A DNA stretch of 64,000 nucleotides, taken from positions 47,458 through 111,457 of the forward strand of contig JAGLPS010000002.1 of NCBI GenBank assembly GCA_023137185.1, given 5' to 3'. A program made the position numbers and the translations under genes. This document shows, in pieces, positions 9,428 through 19,234 of this stretch (its first letter is position 1; every line of letters begins with the position of its first letter). The notes below the pieces were generated by a model, which made no database searches, was not told the DNA's origin, and saw only the letters and a list, made by a program, of their open reading frames with translations. This DNA is from Minisyncoccota bacterium. GTDB lineage: Bacteria > Patescibacteriota > Minisyncoccia > Phycocordibacterales > JAGLPS01.

Positions 9428-9973
9428 ATGCAGATGTTTAAAGAAAAAACAGAACACACATTTGAAGCACTTAAAGAGCGTTTTTCATACCGTAATAAAA
9501 TGCAATCCCCACGGCTTCTTAAGGTGGTAATAAATGTTGGGATTGGGTCAATTAAAGACCCTAAAAAAAAGGAGGTTATCCAAAATCGTCTTATTCGTAT
9601 TACTGGGCAGAAACCGCTTGAACGCGGAGCAAAAAAATCTATTGCGTCTTTTAAGACTAGACAAGGAGACAAAGTTGCCTATCAGGTAACACTTCGAGGA
9701 AAACGGATGCACGATTTTCTTGACCGTTTAGTGCATATTGCGTTTCCTCGTACAAAAGACTTTCGCGGTATTGCGACTTCTGGAATTGACGAAATGGGGA
9801 ATTATACCTTAGGAATTCGAGAACATATTATTTTTCCCGAAGCCTCAGACGAGGAAATAAAGGACGTATTTGGTCTTGCGGTAACAATTGTTACTACTGC
9901 TAAAACAAGAGAGGAAGCTCGCGCGTTTTTTGAGTATCTAGGATTTCCTTTTCGTAAGGAAGATAAGAAATAA
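9428..9973 (+). CDS. rplE: 50S ribosomal protein L5
   Basis: ITGQKP, VTLRG, FPRTKDFRG, GNYTLG motifs. Confidence 0.98.
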   Translation: MQMFKEKTEHTFEALKERFSYRNKMQSPRLLKVVINVGIGSIKDPKKKEVIQNRLIRITGQKPLERGAKKSIASFKTRQGDKVAYQVTLRGKRMHDFLDRLVHIAFPRTKDFRGIATSGIDEMGNYTLGIREHIIFPEASDEEIKDVFGLAVTIVTTAKTREEARAFFEYLGFPFRKEDKK

Positions 9974-10184
9974 GAAAGCGGCAAAGAAATATATGCCACT
10001 GCGGTTATTACCGCAGTGGCATTGTGTTTGTATTTGCTAACAAAAACACCCTTAAAATTTTAAGGGTGTTTTTAGAGTGCTTTTTACCGCAAAATTTAGA
10101 TTTTGGAAGTTAAAAGAAAAACCTTGCAGTATATGGAAATAAATAGATTTTTTTTGAGAATTCTCTGACCCTGAGATTTTGAAA

Positions 10185-10492
10185 TTATACCTCAGACACT
10201 CCTTTTTTGGTGGCTGGTCGCAATCCCATTTGCATAAGCCGTTTTCTTACTTCGTCGAAACTTTGAACATTTTCGAAACGAGCAACAGCGAATCTCATTA
10301 TATTCACCTCCTCTATTTTGACAAGCGAGTATGCCGCGAAAGCTTCCGAGCTTTCATGGCATCCGAGTATGTTCTCTGCCACGCGATTGAACGAGCGGGG
10401 CAAGTGCCGATATTACCCCACGGTCTTTGCTGCAGGGACATATATGTGTTCTTTCTAAAAAAAATCGTATTAAATTTTATTACTTCAGTCAA
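10185..10492 (-). pseudogene. Probable degraded accessory gene, antisense inside the spc operon
   Basis: SD agaggagg plus TTG at 10492, but the reading frame shifts before the 10185..10403 ORF. Confidence 0.35.
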
Positions 10493-10533
10493 CTCCTCCT
10501 CTTTATGTAAAAAATATGACGGAGTTCTCTCGT

Positions 10534-10563
10534 TTGACAAAATAAGCTCCTTCTTGCTAGTAT
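10534..10563 (+). promoter_or_regulatory. Sigma70-type promoter upstream of rpsN
   Basis: TTGACA (10534-10539), 18-bp spacer, extended -10 TGcTAGTAT. Confidence 0.6.
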
Positions 10564-10595
10564 TGAACCCACGCTTTTCAAAGCTTTTATTTTTT

Positions 10596-10781
10596 ATGGC
10601 GAAAAAATCAGTTATTGCCCGAGCGCAAAAAACACCAAAATTTAGCACTCGTATTGTGCGAAGGTGTTTTAAGTGTGGTCGTAGACGAGGTTATATGAGA
10701 GATTTTGACCTATGCCGAATCTGCTTTAGGGAGTTTTCTAATGAAGGAAAAATTCCTGGGGTACGAAAATCGTCCTGGTAA
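10596..10781 (+). CDS. rpsZ: 30S ribosomal protein S14, zinc-binding (type Z)
   Basis: 61 aa, MAKKS...RCFKCGR...LCRICFRE...KSSW; true start 10596. Confidence 0.96.
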   Translation: MAKKSVIARAQKTPKFSTRIVRRCFKCGRRRGYMRDFDLCRICFREFSNEGKIPGVRKSSW

Positions 10782-10785
10782 TATT

Positions 10786-11172
10786 ATGCATGACCCCATT
10801 GCTGACATGCTTATACGGATGAAAAATGCAGGAAGTGTTGGAAAAACAACTGTTTCTTTTCCGTATTCAAAATTCAAAGTGGCTATTGTCGAGGTTTTAC
10901 AAAAGAATGGTTTTGTAAAATCTTTTGCAAAGAAGGGAAAGAAAAATAAGTCAATTGAGGTTGAACTTGTATTTGAGGGCGCTAAACCAAAAATGCGAGG
11001 GGTTAAAAGAATCTCAAAATTCTCACGAAGAATATATAAAAGTGTGCGGGATATTTATCCAGTACGGCAAGGGTATGGAATTGGTGTTTTTTCAACACCA
11101 AAAGGTGTGCTCTCTGATAAAGCTGCAAGAAAAGAGAAAGTCGGCGGAGAACTTTTGTTTGAAATTTGGTAG
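10786..11172 (+). CDS. rpsH: 30S ribosomal protein S8
   Basis: DPIADMLIRMKNA...STPKG...GGELL. Confidence 0.98.
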   Translation: MHDPIADMLIRMKNAGSVGKTTVSFPYSKFKVAIVEVLQKNGFVKSFAKKGKKNKSIEVELVFEGAKPKMRGVKRISKFSRRIYKSVRDIYPVRQGYGIGVFSTPKGVLSDKAARKEKVGGELLFEIW

Positions 11173-11200
11173 TTTGATATAACTCACTATAAATAATACG

Positions 11201-11743
11201 ATGTCACGATTAGGTAAAAAAGTTATTCCCCTTCCTTCAGGAACAGAGGCCATAGTGAAGACAGGGACCATCACAATTAAGGGAAAATTGGGAGAACTCT
11301 CGCGTTCATTTAAAACAGATGCCGTGTCAGTACAGATTACTCCGGAGGGGATAAAAGTAGACCCTGTTTCTGAATCTCTTTTAGCATTAAAATTGTGGGG
11401 AACATACGCATCACATATCAGAAATATGATTCAAGGCGTAAATGCAGCATATGAAAAATCTCTAATCATTCAGGGTGTTGGTTTTAAGGCTGATATACAA
11501 GGGGAAATTCTTGTGTTGAATCTCGGTTTTTCTCACCCTGTTAAAGTTGAGATTCCTCAAGCGCTTACAGTAGTTGTGGCAAAAGATACCATAAAAATTT
11601 CGGGTATCAGTAAAGAAGGAGTTGGACAGTTTGCGGCAAAGATACGGGCGATAAAAAAGCCTGAGCCGTATAAGGGGAAGGGTATCAGATATTCTGATGA
11701 AATAATTTTGCGTAAGGAAGGAAAAAAGTCAGCGACGGTGTAA
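11201..11743 (+). CDS. rplF: 50S ribosomal protein L6
   Basis: MSRLGK, LGFSHP and PEPYKGKGI motifs. Confidence 0.98.
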   Translation: MSRLGKKVIPLPSGTEAIVKTGTITIKGKLGELSRSFKTDAVSVQITPEGIKVDPVSESLLALKLWGTYASHIRNMIQGVNAAYEKSLIIQGVGFKADIQGEILVLNLGFSHPVKVEIPQALTVVVAKDTIKISGISKEGVGQFAAKIRAIKKPEPYKGKGIRYSDEIILRKEGKKSATV

Positions 11744-11751
11744 TGTGATAT

Positions 11752-12102
11752 ATGGACAAACATAAAGAAAAAGTAATAAAGAGAAAGAGAAAACACGCTC
11801 GTATTAGAACGAAAATTTCGGGGACGGCAGAACGTCCAAGACTTTCGGTTTTTGTCTCAAGTCGCTATATTTCCTCTCAGCTTATTGATGATAATGAAGG
11901 AAAGACACTTGTTTCAGCAACTTCTCAAGGAATGGAGAGCGGCTCTCTTGTTGAAAAAGCTCGCGAGGTTGGAAGGAGTGTCGCTCGTAAAGCGCAAGAG
12001 CTCCATTTTAAAAAAGTAGTGTTTGACCGCGGAGGATTTTTATATTCAGGAAAAGTAAAAGCCATTGCCGAGGGGGCGCGTGAAGCGGGGCTTATATTTT
12101 AA
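11752..12102 (+). CDS. rplR: 50S ribosomal protein L18
   Basis: RPRLSVF and VVFDRGG motifs. Confidence 0.97.
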   Translation: MDKHKEKVIKRKRKHARIRTKISGTAERPRLSVFVSSRYISSQLIDDNEGKTLVSATSQGMESGSLVEKAREVGRSVARKAQELHFKKVVFDRGGFLYSGKVKAIAEGAREAGLIF

Positions 12103-12110
12103 ATTAATAT

Positions 12111-12719
12111 ATGGAAAAAGAGACAACACAGAATAATATACAGGGAAAAGAGAAGGTCAGCACACAAGGAGAAAAAACCTCTTTAACTGCCAGTTTTTCT
12201 AGGAATAGAAAAGGTCCGAGAGAATTTCAGAAAAATGTTCGTCGTCGCAAACAGGGTCGCGGGGGGAAACCTCGTTCCGAATTTGAGCAGAAACTTATTA
12301 GTATCCGACGAGTGGCTCGTGTTGTTGCAGGAGGAAGGCGTTTTAGTTTTAGCGTGGCTATGATTATTGGTGATAAAAAAGGCTCTGTCGGAGTTGGTTC
12401 TGGAAAGGCTTCTGATACCGCGCTCGCTATAGAAAAAGCTCTTCGTGATGCAAAGAAGCATATGATTAAACTGTCTTTCACAAAAACGTTTTCCATTCCT
12501 CATCAGGTAGAAGCTAAATATTCAAGCTCTCGAGTTACAATGATGCCCACTGCTTTAGGAAAAGGAATTGTTGCTGGAAGCTCAGTACGAAACGTTTTGG
12601 AACTTGTGGGTGTTCGTGACGTTACCGCAAAAATATTGTCGGGAAGCAAAAATCAGATGAATAACGCGCGCGCCGCCGTTAAGGCTCTTTCTGAATTTGA
12701 AACAACGCAGAAAAATTAA
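12111..12719 (+). CDS. rpsE: 30S ribosomal protein S5
   Basis: RVARVVAGGRRFSF motif. Confidence 0.97.
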   Translation: MEKETTQNNIQGKEKVSTQGEKTSLTASFSRNRKGPREFQKNVRRRKQGRGGKPRSEFEQKLISIRRVARVVAGGRRFSFSVAMIIGDKKGSVGVGSGKASDTALAIEKALRDAKKHMIKLSFTKTFSIPHQVEAKYSSSRVTMMPTALGKGIVAGSSVRNVLELVGVRDVTAKILSGSKNQMNNARAAVKALSEFETTQKN

Positions 12720-12725
12720 ACTGCT

Positions 12726-13157
12726 ATGCAAAAACATCAACTTAAACGAAAAAATAAAAATAAAAAATCGGTTCAGATAGGACGAGGGGGGAAACGTGGG
12801 AAAACTTCAGGACGAGGTCATAAAGGACAAAAAGCTCGCGCGGGCGCAAAAATACGTCCTGCTATTCGTGATGTTATTAAAAAGCTTCCAAAATTACGGG
12901 GGTATCGGTTTAATAGTTTTAAAGAAAAACCAGCTATTATAAATCTTTCTCTCCTAGAGAAATCGTTTACGACAGGTGACATTGTCAATCCGTCGCTACT
13001 TGTAAAAAAGGAGTTTGTTGTGGTTCGCAAGGGTGCTTTTCCGTTGATAAAGATTCTTGGTACGGGGGTATTGACAAAAAAATTAACAATCACAAACTGT
13101 ATGGTTTCAGAATCAGCGCGACAAGCGATAGAGAAAGTGGGTGGTATTATAAAATAA
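12726..13157 (+). CDS. rplO: 50S ribosomal protein L15
   Basis: GRGGKRGKTSGRGHKGQKARAG motif. Confidence 0.97.
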   Translation: MQKHQLKRKNKNKKSVQIGRGGKRGKTSGRGHKGQKARAGAKIRPAIRDVIKKLPKLRGYRFNSFKEKPAIINLSLLEKSFTTGDIVNPSLLVKKEFVVVRKGAFPLIKILGTGVLTKKLTITNCMVSESARQAIEKVGGIIK

Positions 13158-13168
13158 TAGCGGATGAA

Positions 13169-13300
13169 TCCCGTAGTGAAAAATGGCATTGGAGAGTTTT
13201 TGATAAATGATATATTCAACAAGATGTCGATATTATTACAGATAACTATATATAAATGGTAAACCCGCTCCTTAAAGCGATGCCATTTTCTACTACAGGA
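13169..13300 (+). mobile_element. Inverted-repeat element inserted at the secY start codon
   Basis: tcccgtagtgaaaaatggcat / atgccattttctactacagga; TGAA duplicated (13165-13168, 13301-13304). Confidence 0.82.
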
Positions 13301-14571
13301 TGAAAGAGCTTGTACGAAAAATCAGTCTAATCTTTAGCGATTCAACACTTCGAGGTCGTATGCTGTTTACGCTTGTTGGTCTAATTATATTTCGGGTGCT
13401 TTCTTCAATTCCAGTTCCCGGAGTTGACGCACTTAGGCTTGAAAGCTTTTTTGCAGGAAATGATTTCTTGGGTTTTTTGAATATATTTTCGGGAGGCGGT
13501 CTTTCCAATCTCTCTTTGGTAATGCTTGGAGTCGGTCCCTACATTACCGCTTCAATTATTATGCAGCTTCTTACTATTATGTCGCCTCGTCTCAAAGCGA
13601 TGTATCAGGAGGAGGGGGAGGCAGGAAGGAGAAAATTTGCCCAGTACTCGCGTATATTAACCGTCCCACTTGCTCTGTTGCAATCATTTGCCTTTCTTAA
13701 TCTTTTGCAGAGCAATGAAGTTCTTAAATCGCTTACCTCCTTTGAAATGATGACAAATATACTTGTTGTGACTGTGGGTTCTGTGCTTCTTATGTGGATT
13801 GGAGAACTGATTACCGAGTTTGGTATTGGAAATGGAGTTTCCCTTCTTATTTTTGCTGGTATAGTTTCAGGTCTTCCGCAAATTCTTGGACAACTTTTGT
13901 TTACATTCGATCCGTCACAGATTCCAACCTATCTTGCGCTTTCATTTTTCATTCTTGTTGTTGTGGCGGCTGTTGTAGTGATTACAGAGGCGGAGCGTCC
14001 GATTCCGATTACATATGCGAAACGCGTCCGTGGAATGAGAGTCTACGGGGGGCTTTCGACGTATCTTCCGCTTCGTCTGAATCAAGCGGGAGTGATTCCG
14101 ATTATTTTCGCTCTTTCTTTTTTGCTCTTTCCGCAGATGATTGCTACATTTTTTTCCCAACTTCCTAACGATATTGTTCAAACAGTATCAAATTTTGTAA
14201 TTCAGTCTCTTAATAACCCTTGGGTGTATGGTTTTCTTTACTTTATCTTAGTCTTTTTCTTTACCTATTTTTATACTGCGCTTACTTTTGATCCCAGTAC
14301 GACAGCAACCAATCTCCAGAAGAGTGGCGCGTTTATTCCCGGTGTTCGCCCTGGTGTTCCAACATCTGAATATATCGGGAAAATTCTTACTCGTCTTACT
14401 CTTTTCGGGGCATTGTTTCTTGGTCTTATCGCGGTGCTTCCTATTGCCATTCGAGCAGTAACACATATTTCATCTCTTGCAATTGGAGGGACGGCGCTGC
14501 TCATTGTTGTTTCTGTTGTAATTGATCTCATCAAAAAAATTGACTCTCAGGTATCTCTGAGAGAATATTAA
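13300..14571 (+). CDS. secY: Preprotein translocase SecY
   Basis: Multi-TM; LGVGPYITASIIMQLL, GIGNGVSL, FIPGVRPG, GGTALLIVV. Confidence 0.99.
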   Translation: MKELVRKISLIFSDSTLRGRMLFTLVGLIIFRVLSSIPVPGVDALRLESFFAGNDFLGFLNIFSGGGLSNLSLVMLGVGPYITASIIMQLLTIMSPRLKAMYQEEGEAGRRKFAQYSRILTVPLALLQSFAFLNLLQSNEVLKSLTSFEMMTNILVVTVGSVLLMWIGELITEFGIGNGVSLLIFAGIVSGLPQILGQLLFTFDPSQIPTYLALSFFILVVVAAVVVITEAERPIPITYAKRVRGMRVYGGLSTYLPLRLNQAGVIPIIFALSFLLFPQMIATFFSQLPNDIVQTVSNFVIQSLNNPWVYGFLYFILVFFFTYFYTALTFDPSTTATNLQKSGAFIPGVRPGVPTSEYIGKILTRLTLFGALFLGLIAVLPIAIRAVTHISSLAIGGTALLIVVSVVIDLIKKIDSQVSLREY

Positions 14572-14574
14572 ACT

Positions 14575-15168
14575 ATGCCTCCCCAGACGTTTATTTTTTT
14601 CGGCCGATCGGGATCGGGTAAAGGTACCCAAGCGCGTTTTTTAATTGATTATTTAAAAGAAAAAGATCCGGCGCGAATTGCTCTGTATCTTGAAACTGGC
14701 CAGCAAATTCGGGAATTTTCTAAGGAAGAAGGATACACAAGTACGCTTATACAAAGTATTTTAGGAAAAGGAGAACTTCTTCCCAGTTTTCTTCCTATAT
14801 GGATGTGGACTGATTTTCTTGTCAAACGCTTCACAGGCGAGGAACACCTCATTTTTGATGGTTTGTCACGTCGTCTGCATGAGGCTTCTGTTCTTGATAG
14901 CGCTATCAGGTTCTACGGTCAAACACGTTCTCACGTTATTCTTATCAATGTTTCCCGCGACTGGGCATTTCAACATCTCAAATCGCGTGGTCGGGAAGAT
15001 GATACCGACGATGACATAAATCGCCGTCTTAATTGGTATGAGAGTGATGTTGAAAAAGCTCTTAGTTTTTTCAAGGAAAAACCTGAGTATAAATTTATTG
15101 ATATCAATGGAGAACAGACGATTGAGAAAGTACATCAAGATATTGTCACGTCTCTTCATTTCCAATGA
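14575..15168 (+). CDS. adk: Adenylate / nucleoside monophosphate kinase (short lid)
   Basis: P-loop GRSGSGKGTQA; RGREDD; position after secY. Confidence 0.85.
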   Translation: MPPQTFIFFGRSGSGKGTQARFLIDYLKEKDPARIALYLETGQQIREFSKEEGYTSTLIQSILGKGELLPSFLPIWMWTDFLVKRFTGEEHLIFDGLSRRLHEASVLDSAIRFYGQTRSHVILINVSRDWAFQHLKSRGREDDTDDDINRRLNWYESDVEKALSFFKEKPEYKFIDINGEQTIEKVHQDIVTSLHFQ

Positions 15169-15935
15169 TTACTATTAAGTCGGAAAAGGACATTTCTCTC
15201 TTGAGGGAAGGGGGGAAACGCCATTCTTTCATTCTTAAGGAACTTGAAAACCTTGTATATCCTGGTATTTCTTCAAATGAACTCAATAATGCCGCTCTAC
15301 AAATGACACAAGAAGAAGGAGACCTGCCTGTTTTTTTGGGCTACTGCCCAAAAGGAGTTTCTAAACCTTATCCAGCGGCCCTTTGTGTCTCAATTAATGA
15401 TGAGGTTGTTCACGGGATACCCAACAAAAAATCAAAGATTCTCAAAGAAGGAGATATCGTGAGTATGGATCTCGGAATTTCCCACAAAGGGCTTATAACC
15501 GATGCCGCAATTACCGTACCTGTAGGGAAAATTGATACTATAGCTAAAAATTTGATAGAAATAACCAAGAGGGCTCTTTTTGTTGGGATTAAAGCGGCCC
15601 GTGGAGGGGGGTATGTAGGTGATATTGGATATGCAATTGAAAAAACCATACAAGACTCAGGCTTCAGTATTGTTGACGTTCTTTCCGGACACGGGGTAGG
15701 GTACAGTGTCCACGAAGACCCATTTGTTCCTAATATCGGGGAAAAAGGGGAGGGGCCACTTCTAAAACCCGGTATGGTGATTGCAATTGAACCTATTATC
15801 AATGAGGGGGTTTCCGAAATAATTTTTGATGAAAAAGATGAATATAGCACACGTACTGCCGATGGAAAACGAAGCGCTCACTTTGAGCACACAGTTCTTA
15901 TTACTGATGGCAAAGCAGAAATTCTTACCCTCTAG
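15165..15935 (+). CDS. map: Methionine aminopeptidase type I
   Basis: SINDEVVHGIP, GHGVG, HEDP, AIEP, SAHFEHT motifs. Confidence 0.97.
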   Translation: MITIKSEKDISLLREGGKRHSFILKELENLVYPGISSNELNNAALQMTQEEGDLPVFLGYCPKGVSKPYPAALCVSINDEVVHGIPNKKSKILKEGDIVSMDLGISHKGLITDAAITVPVGKIDTIAKNLIEITKRALFVGIKAARGGGYVGDIGYAIEKTIQDSGFSIVDVLSGHGVGYSVHEDPFVPNIGEKGEGPLLKPGMVIAIEPIINEGVSEIIFDEKDEYSTRTADGKRSAHFEHTVLITDGKAEILTL

Positions 15936-15975
15936 ATTATTTAGGAGACTCAAGTATACTTGAAACTATATTTAT

Positions 15976-16578
15976 ATGAAAACAAAAGAAGAAAAAACTC
16001 TTGTAATCGTTAAACCTGATGGAATCCAGAGGTCGCTTATTGGTGAAATTATAAAAAGATACGAAAGAGTAGGCCTTAAACTTGCTGCTCTTAAAATGGT
16101 TGTGTCCACTGAAGAATTAATAGAAAAGCATTATTCGTCGGATTCCAATTGGAGGATTAAAAATGGAGAAAAAAGTATTAAATCATATAGAGATAAAGGG
16201 CTCAAACCTCCGACAGAAGACCCGATGGAAATGTCAGGAATCACTCTAGAAAAATTAAAAAAGTATATGTCGAGTGGTCCTGTAATCTGTATGGTGTGGC
16301 AAGGCGCGCATGCCGTTGAGATAGTAAGAAAAATTACCGGAGGGACAGAACCCTTAACGTCTGACGTGGGAACTATTCGCGGCGATTTTGTCTTAGACTC
16401 CTATCAAATTTCAGATACAGATGGTAGGGCTGTAAGAAATTTGATTCACGCTTCGGGCTCTATTGAAGAAGCGAACAAAGAGATTGCTCTGTGGTTTTCG
16501 AAAGAAGAAACACTTTGCTACTCTCTTGTTCAGGAAAAAATTCTCTACGACATTAATCTTGACGGAATACTTGAATAA
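15976..16578 (+). CDS. ndk: Nucleoside diphosphate kinase
   Basis: KPDG, GTIRGDF and NLIHAS motifs. Confidence 0.95.
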   Translation: MKTKEEKTLVIVKPDGIQRSLIGEIIKRYERVGLKLAALKMVVSTEELIEKHYSSDSNWRIKNGEKSIKSYRDKGLKPPTEDPMEMSGITLEKLKKYMSSGPVICMVWQGAHAVEIVRKITGGTEPLTSDVGTIRGDFVLDSYQISDTDGRAVRNLIHASGSIEEANKEIALWFSKEETLCYSLVQEKILYDINLDGILE

Positions 16579-16670
16579 AAATTTCCTCGCAATAAGCGTA
16601 GCTCCAAAAGCTCTCTGACAGGGTTTTTTTCGGGTCTTTTCTTTTGTTCAAAAAGGTATATAATTAAAGT

Positions 16671-16798
16671 AGGGTTATTTGGGATATTATCTAGATTAAA
16701 GATATTTTTAGGGAGCCTTACATTTTACATCATCGTGGTGATGTGATGCGGGCACCCACCTAGAATTTCACTAGGTTAAATATCATCCAAGTAACCCT
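16671..16798 (+). ncRNA. ssrS: Probable 6S RNA
   Basis: Closing stem agggttatttgggatatt / aatatcatccaagtaaccct, central bubble, inner stem gggagcc...ggcacccacc; TATAAT just upstream. Confidence 0.7.
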
Positions 16799-16834
16799 TA
16801 TGAAAACATCCACCAATGTGGATATTTTCATTTT

Positions 16835-17254
16835 ATGTTAAAAAATACTCGCGCACCATTTTTTATTGTAATTGTTCTCGGCGTTTTGATTGCCGTACTG
16901 CAACATACCGCTTTAATTTTTGATCTCTATTGGGTCATTAAATGGCTTGACCTCGTTATGCATATTTTTGGAGGAGCGTGGATAGCGTTTCTTTCTTTTT
17001 GGTTTTTATTCCATTTTTCTTTTTTTCAAAATAGAAAGGGGAACAGTATTTTTGTTGCGGATATTGTTTTTCTTTCAACCTTGATTGTTGGAATACTATG
17101 GGAAGTTTTTGAATCACAAACAGGTCTTACAAGTGTTTTCCAATATCATTACTGGGGGGATACGTTTTCTGACCTTCTTATGGATAGCGTAGGTGCTCTT
17201 GTTGCGGGTTTTTTTCTTGTTAAAAGTCCTATTGGACGCCACTTATCTTCGTAG
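16835..17254 (+). CDS. Four-TM membrane protein (VanZ / DUF2238-like)
   Basis: DLVMHIFGG, GILWEVFE and DTFSDLLMD motifs in hydrophobic helices. Confidence 0.65.
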   Translation: MLKNTRAPFFIVIVLGVLIAVLQHTALIFDLYWVIKWLDLVMHIFGGAWIAFLSFWFLFHFSFFQNRKGNSIFVADIVFLSTLIVGILWEVFESQTGLTSVFQYHYWGDTFSDLLMDSVGALVAGFFLVKSPIGRHLSS

Positions 17255-17323
17255 CAGAGCTACAAAGATAAGTGGAGCGGTTTGTTTTATGAAAAAATTT
17301 CCAGCGAGAGAGTTAGAAGTTTT

Positions 17324-17668
17324 TTAGGAAATTTGCTTAATAAGCCGTTCAAAAGTTTTGGGGTTCTTTTCTGCAAGATGAGAAAGAATCTTTCTGTCAA
17401 TATTTATCTTTTTCTTCTTCAAAATATGCATAAGCCTGCTGTAAGAAAGGTTCATTAAACGCGCTGATGCGTTAATACGGACATTCCACAGCCTTCTGTA
17501 TTCGTTTTTCCTGTCTTTTCGGTGGGCAAATGAGTGAACTCCAGCATGCGTTACCGCTTCACGCGCCTGGCGTTCTTTGGTACTTCGTCCGAAACGGTAC
17601 CCTTTTGCTTTGTGCAATATATTTCTTCGGCGCTTTAATGCGTGTACTCCCTTTTTTACTCGTGTCAT
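17324..17668 (-). CDS. rplT: 50S ribosomal protein L20
   Basis: MTRVK, RRLWNVRINA, LSYS and IDRKIL motifs. Confidence 0.97.
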   Translation of the reverse strand: MTRVKKGVHALKRRRNILHKAKGYRFGRSTKERQAREAVTHAGVHSFAHRKDRKNEYRRLWNVRINASARLMNLSYSRLMHILKKKKINIDRKILSHLAEKNPKTFERLIKQIS

Positions 17669-17685
17669 ATGATTTAAATAACTGA

Positions 17686-17871
17686 TTAAGCTCCTGCCAA
17701 AAAGCGTGATTTTGCTTTGTTGTTCATTGGAAACGGACTCATTCGTTTTCTAGAAATATGTTCCTGTCCCGATCTTTTTGCATTAAAATGATTCTGACCA
17801 GGTTTGCGACCTAAAATTTTCCCTTTTTTAGTAACTTTCAATCTTTTTGTGTATGATTTCTTGGTTTTCAT
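17686..17871 (-). CDS. rpmI: 50S ribosomal protein L35
   Basis: MKTKKSYTKRLKVT; lies between infC and rplT. Confidence 0.93.
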   Translation of the reverse strand: MKTKKSYTKRLKVTKKGKILGRKPGQNHFNAKRSGQEHISRKRMSPFPMNNKAKSRFLAGA

Positions 17872-18012
17872 CCTATTAGAAATAGGAAACCTCTGGGTTT
17901 CCGTCAGTATTGTTAAAACTGGTAAGTAATCGACTCATAAAGTGATATTGTAAAGCGTGTCTTAAGTTCATAACGTTGTGACCTGCCTGCGGTAGGCAGG
18001 CTTCTAACGGGA
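17871..18012 (-). mobile_element. Inverted-repeat element abutting the rpmI start codon
   Basis: On the minus strand tcccgttagaa...ttctaatagga; closely similar to 55580-55721; contains palindrome cctgcctaccgcaggcagg. Confidence 0.82.
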
Positions 18013-18016
18013 CGCT

Positions 18017-18532
18017 TTATTTTTTTGCTTGTTCAACAAATGTTGAAAGTCCTTTTGGGCTTTTTGCAATTGGTTCAATTATACGATACTCCTCAGTAAG
18101 GAATCTAAGAAGCCGTTCTATCCTTTCTTTCAGGAAAGTCGTATTAAGATACTTTGACCGTCCTGGAAGAAAAAGAGTAATTCGTACTCGGTTTCCGTTC
18201 TTTAACCATTCGGAAACTTTTTTTGCTTTTAGTTCCAAATCATGTTCTCCAGTGCCGATTTTGACCTGGACACTTTTAACTTCTACAATGTGTCGTTTTG
18301 TCCGAGCAACTTTTTCTTTTTTCTGCTCAGCGTACTGGAACTTACCATAATCACAGATTTTTGCAACAGGAGGATTCACATTCGGGGAGATTTCTATCAA
18401 ATCCAGACCCAGTTCTTCTGCTTTTTTAAGCGCGTCGCTAAGAGATAGAACGCCAAAATTTTCGCCAGTAGGACCGATAACCCGGACCTCTTTTGCTTTT
18501 ATTCTATGATTTATTCTTGTGTTTCTTGCCAA
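18017..18532 (-). CDS. infC: Translation initiation factor IF-3
   Basis: LDLIEISP, PPVAKICDYGKF and IGTGEHDL motifs; TTG start. Confidence 0.96.
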   Translation of the reverse strand: MARNTRINHRIKAKEVRVIGPTGENFGVLSLSDALKKAEELGLDLIEISPNVNPPVAKICDYGKFQYAEQKKEKVARTKRHIVEVKSVQVKIGTGEHDLELKAKKVSEWLKNGNRVRITLFLPGRSKYLNTTFLKERIERLLRFLTEEYRIIEPIAKSPKGLSTFVEQAKK

Positions 18533-18642
18533 ATTGGTATTCTTGTAAGATTACGGTGACAAAGAAAGGTTACCACAGATTTCTTCTGAGAGCAACAGAT
18601 GTCTTTTGCGGTAAAGGTTGTTCAGATCAGGTGTGGGAAGAG

Positions 18643-19143
18643 TTAATGTTTGTATTTATCCGAGATGGTTTTAGACTCAGTTTCTCTCGGCATGGGGGTA
18701 ATTTCAATTGTTTCCGCAATATTTTTAATATTTGCGTCTCCTTTCCCCTTAAGTACTTCTCGGACATATCTTACAAAGAGTTGCGGACTCGTATCAATCT
18801 TGAGCACATGACTTGTCTTTGGTATTTTCTTGATTTCCTCGCGAATTTCATCGGTGCCGTAATTGGTAAGCATAATAACTGGAACAGAGTCAAATTCCTT
18901 GTTCTTTCTAATTTCTTTTAGAATCTCTATTCCGGATATATCTGGAAGAAGGATGTCAAGGATAATTACATCAGGTTTGGATGCTTTTCCGCTTTTGTAG
19001 TCTGTTAGTCGTTTCAGTGCGTCTTTTCCATTTACAAAACTTTCAATTTCAAATCCATTACTACTAAAAGACATTGCGTACAAATCAGCGATACCGGGCT
19101 CATCTTCTACAAAGAATATTTTGCTTTTATTTTCTGACTCCAT
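18643..19143 (-). CDS. Single-domain response regulator with short C-terminal tail
   Basis: VEDE, PDVIILDILLPDISG and PVIMLT receiver motifs. Confidence 0.92.
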   Translation of the reverse strand: MESENKSKIFFVEDEPGIADLYAMSFSSNGFEIESFVNGKDALKRLTDYKSGKASKPDVIILDILLPDISGIEILKEIRKNKEFDSVPVIMLTNYGTDEIREEIKKIPKTSHVLKIDTSPQLFVRYVREVLKGKGDANIKNIAETIEITPMPRETESKTISDKYKH

Positions 19144-19234
19144 GTTGGGAAGATATTGTTATTATAACTTTATCTGCCGAGGCTATCAACTGGGGTTACC
19201 ACAGAGATTAATTTTAGTGGCATAATAAAGGACA

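Noticed and set aside
10179-10595. Long N-terminal extension of S14
   Set aside because: Chance open frame; canonical MAKKS start at 10596 with a promoter just upstream.
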